This document shows positions 60,801-64,000 of a stretch of DNA of 64,000 bases, piece after piece (positions within the stretch are counted from its first letter, which is position 1; every line of letters begins with the position of its first letter). The notes beneath the pieces are model-generated. The model made no database searches, had not been told where the DNA came from, and was given only the letters and a program-made list of their open reading frames with translations. Origin of the DNA: Podospora anserina (taxonomy: Eukaryota); NCBI GenBank assembly GCA_017654855.1, contig CM030333.1, positions 4,278,001 to 4,342,000 of the forward strand, given 5' to 3'. A program made the translations under genes and the position numbers.

Positions 60801-63272
60801 GACAGCTTCATGACCATGCGCCGAAGTTTGGTGTTCGGCGCGACCCCGACATGGCGCGTTGCGTCGACAGGCTTTTGGCCAACCCGCCCAAGGACCGCAG
60901 TAATGCTATTGCTCTCTTTGAGTACTTTGCCAGTCGGCTCGCGGACCTTGACATGAGCGCCCTGGCAAAGCTGAAGAATGCTGCCATCGTCCCGGTGGTG
61001 AGAAAGAAGGGCACATCGTTTGGATTCGGCACCAAGGCAGAGGAGTCGATTGTCTATGTCAAGCCCCAGAACTGTTACCTTGGAAACTCGACCACCTACG
61101 GGGACATTTTTGACTTTGTTGACTTTGGTCAGAACGCCAATGCGTTCTTGTTCAAGTGCGGGGCGCGGACGGAGCCGACAAAGCATGAGATTGCCACGCT
61201 GGCGTGCAGTGAGCCGGCCCGGCTGCTGAGTGTGATGCAGAGTCCGGATAGGTATCTGAGTCTGCTGAGATCGCTGGCTGATGACTGGAGCACGTTGAGG
61301 AAGGATAAGGAGTTGATTAGGAAGATGAGGTCGTCGGCTTGGTTGCTGGGGTCGATGGAGTTGGCGACTAGTAAGCCGAAGGAGTCGGATGATACGAGTT
61401 ATGAGGAGGAGGATGCGCCGGTGAAGCATTATGTACTGGCTGCGCCGGCTGATATTGTCATTTTGGATGATTACATCAGTTACAGGCTCTTTAAAGATTC
61501 GCTGCTGTGTGCGCCGGAGGATGAAGCCCTTGAAGCTTTTTACCAGGCACTTGGGTCCGAGAACTTGGGGAGTCGAGTCAAGGAGCATATTCTGGTTGGC
61601 ACCAAGAGATCGAGACAGGATGGAGCAGAGTGGCTGAGAAAGCATGTGATTGAGCGGTCCAAGATCTTCTTGCATGAATATGCGAAGGACAAGCGGGAGC
61701 TGGTCAAGAGGGATGCGAAGTGGTTGGAAGCGAATCTTCAGGTCATTTCTGTGTCTTCGGTTGGACTGAGGCGGTCGCTTCAGGGACACAACAAGTATCA
61801 TCAGGAGAAGCGCTCTGCGGCTAGCACCCAGGGCGACAACTGCTGGATCCTATATGTTGCGGCTGAACATAAAGATGATAAGCCGGACATGTACCAGGTC
61901 GGGCAGGCCATCTGCCAACTTTTGCTCAACAGGCCGAATCAGTCGGCCTACTTCTTTTTTGAGCCGTTCCTGAAGCTTGGGTTGCTTCAGTTACGGGATC
62001 GTGGGTACAATGTCGATCGTATCCTGCGTGCCAAGGCTGCTGAGGCCAGAATCGCGGAGGAAGCGAGACGCAAGGCTCTCGAGGCAGAACAGAGCAAGAT
62101 TCGGGAGCGGGAACAGGAGTGGGAACAGAATCGTGCGGCAGAGGCTGCGCGTCAAGAGATTAAGACGCCCACTCGTGATCAGATGCCTGGTGCCTTCCAC
62201 GATTCACCCGAAGATGACCATGCTTTGGCTCCTCCGCCGCAACAACAGAAATACAGAAGGGGCTTCTTTTCTGATTTGACCAGACGGCTGGGACTGGACA
62301 CCGGGGATGACGGCGAGCAACAAAGGCAACTCGAAAACTTTGCACCTCCCTCCCAACCTGAACGAGACACCAAACGCCCTGTCTCCTCTGGAGAAAACAA
62401 AACCCGCAAAGCAGACGACGGCCGGGTCACCTCCCCAGCAGTCGTCCAGCAAAACCTGCTCAACGCGATCAACTCGACCCGCGCTCACGACTCGACCAGC
62501 CTCTTCTCTCCCCCTACCGAGAGGGAAGTCAAAGAAAAGGCTGTCTACTGCGACACCACCCCGGCACAAAACATCACTTTCGCGGCGGAGGCCCCCCGCG
62601 GAATGCGAGTCTTTATCTCCAAAGACATCTCCACTGACGCCTCAACCTTTTTGGCGAACAATATCGCCGAAATCAAGCAGTTTGAGCTGTTGCTGAGTGA
62701 CTGCGGGGAGATTTACCGGTTGCCGGCGAAGGCGCTACATATCTTTTATGATGAAACGGGTGGGACGATTGCTTTTAATGCGAACGGGAGTGTGTTTTGC
62801 AATTTGAGGTTTTTTAACCAGCTTCATCGTGCTGTGGGGGATAATGGGATAGGGGTGGGGAGGGAGTTGAAGGGGCAGAAGAGGGTGGAGGCTACGACTT
62901 GGTGGTGGGTTGTGTTGGCGCATGAGCTGGCGCATAATCTTGTGAGGGAGCATGATGCGAAGCATAGTTATTATACGTAAGTTCTCACTAGGGGGTTGGG
63001 ATGGGGATGGATGAATGGGGGCTAACATTGGGGATGACAGGGAGAGCTTTATTCAGCAGTATTTTCCGAGCATGATGGCCAAGGCTGTGGGTTGGATGGC
63101 TGAGGGTGGGAATGCTGGGAGTGCCTCCGGGGGTGGTTCGGTTTTGCCATCCTCGGGGAGACAGCAGGGTGTTCCTAGGGCTGGTACGCAGCAGAGCACC
63201 GCTAGTACTGCTGCTGCTGCTCCGCCGCCGCCGTATACCGAGGGACGGTTTGCGGGGGCAGCAGCCGAGTAA
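57812..63272 (+). CDS. ~1800-aa sacsin-type GHKL/HSP90-like ATPase (DUF3684-like) with C-terminal HEXXH motif (exons 57812..62976, 63041..63272)
   Basis: RELIQNAADA, NDGQPF, KIGAFGVGFYSVF GHKL motifs; LAHELAHN at 62915-62938; GTAAGT..GCTAAC..CAG intron; PPPY near the C-terminus. Confidence 0.85.
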
Positions 63273-64000
63273 ACGGGCTAGTTATTGGTGAGGATGAGGT
63301 GAGGGTGTTGTTGGGATAGAGTATGCAGGACATTGGAGTTCTGATTTAGACACAGAGGGCTAGCTGGCTATACATGAGCACGGAGCAATGGTTTCTGGAT
63401 TCTTTTGCGAGAATTTCGGGATGGGATAGGATGAGACTTGATGGGTTCGGATAGGAACTGGATTAGTGCATACCGCAGTAGGTAGGAATACATGTAAACA
63501 TTATTAGATGAAGATCAGATGTTGGCGTCGGGGTGTGCTCGGTGTGTTGTTTGTGCACTGGGTAAGAGCGGGAGGCGAGGATGTTTTGTGTTATGAGAGA
63601 GAGTGTGGCGCTAGGATATTGCTTTGCCCCTGACAGGCACAAGACCTCCGTGGTTTCGGGGTGGGTTCCGCATAAGTTCTTCCAGTGTCAGCTTCCGGAC
63701 TCTTGAACGACAGGTCACGGTAGGCATGTACCTTGTGGGCGGAATGGCAGTTCGGACATGCGACGAACTTTGACAGGAAGCTTATTGTGCATTCAGTCTC
63801 GGTGGTTGCTCGGGGTGTTTCTTATTTCTAGATGGCGAATGGTTGTCATCAGGAGGTTGATGGCACTAGGTAGTGAGTGTGTGGGCATCACGGTGTCGGC
63901 AATAGTACACACAAGTTAGGTATCCAAGTACGTAGGTGCTCAACCATCCCTGAATTGACAACTTGTTATGATTTATCTATTTCGGGATGAACTTACCCCC

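Noticed and set aside
60602..61801. 399-aa minus-strand ORF
   Set aside because: Antisense to the sacsin-like gene; no independent coding features

Overview
Gene-dense eukaryotic DNA from a filamentous ascomycete. Short GT-AG introns with CTRAC/CTAAC branch sites and the gene content suggest Sordariales, possibly Podospora-like (inference). I could reconstruct about 19 protein-coding genes by hand-splicing. They are: the 3' end of VPS54, a GH76 DCW1/DFG5-type mannosidase, a NAP/SET histone chaperone, an asparaginase-ankyrin protein, a BCS1-like AAA ATPase, a Ser-rich hypothetical protein, an ELO fatty-acid elongase, COX6, an RCC1-repeat protein, a small secreted CVNH lectin not recovered intact by the ORF track, EHD3/HIBCH, dihydroxyacetone kinase, dolichol kinase, two Ser/Thr- or Ala/Gly-rich GPI-like proteins, FAM32A/DUF1754, acid sphingomyelinase, a chromodomain + HDA2/3-like coiled-coil protein, and a ~1800-aa sacsin-type GHKL ATPase with a C-terminal HEXXH motif. 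Notable oddities: long in-frame ORFs directly after UAG stops (candidate A-to-I stop-loss editing), a frame break inside the chromodomain gene, a GC-AG intron, a ~440-bp TIR element, a tRNA-like A/B-box element upstream of COX6, an in-frame 144-codon N-terminal extension of DAK, and a recurring C-rich to G-rich gradient along genes. I saw no rRNA, intact tRNA or CRISPR array. All family assignments are from motif recognition, not database searches.
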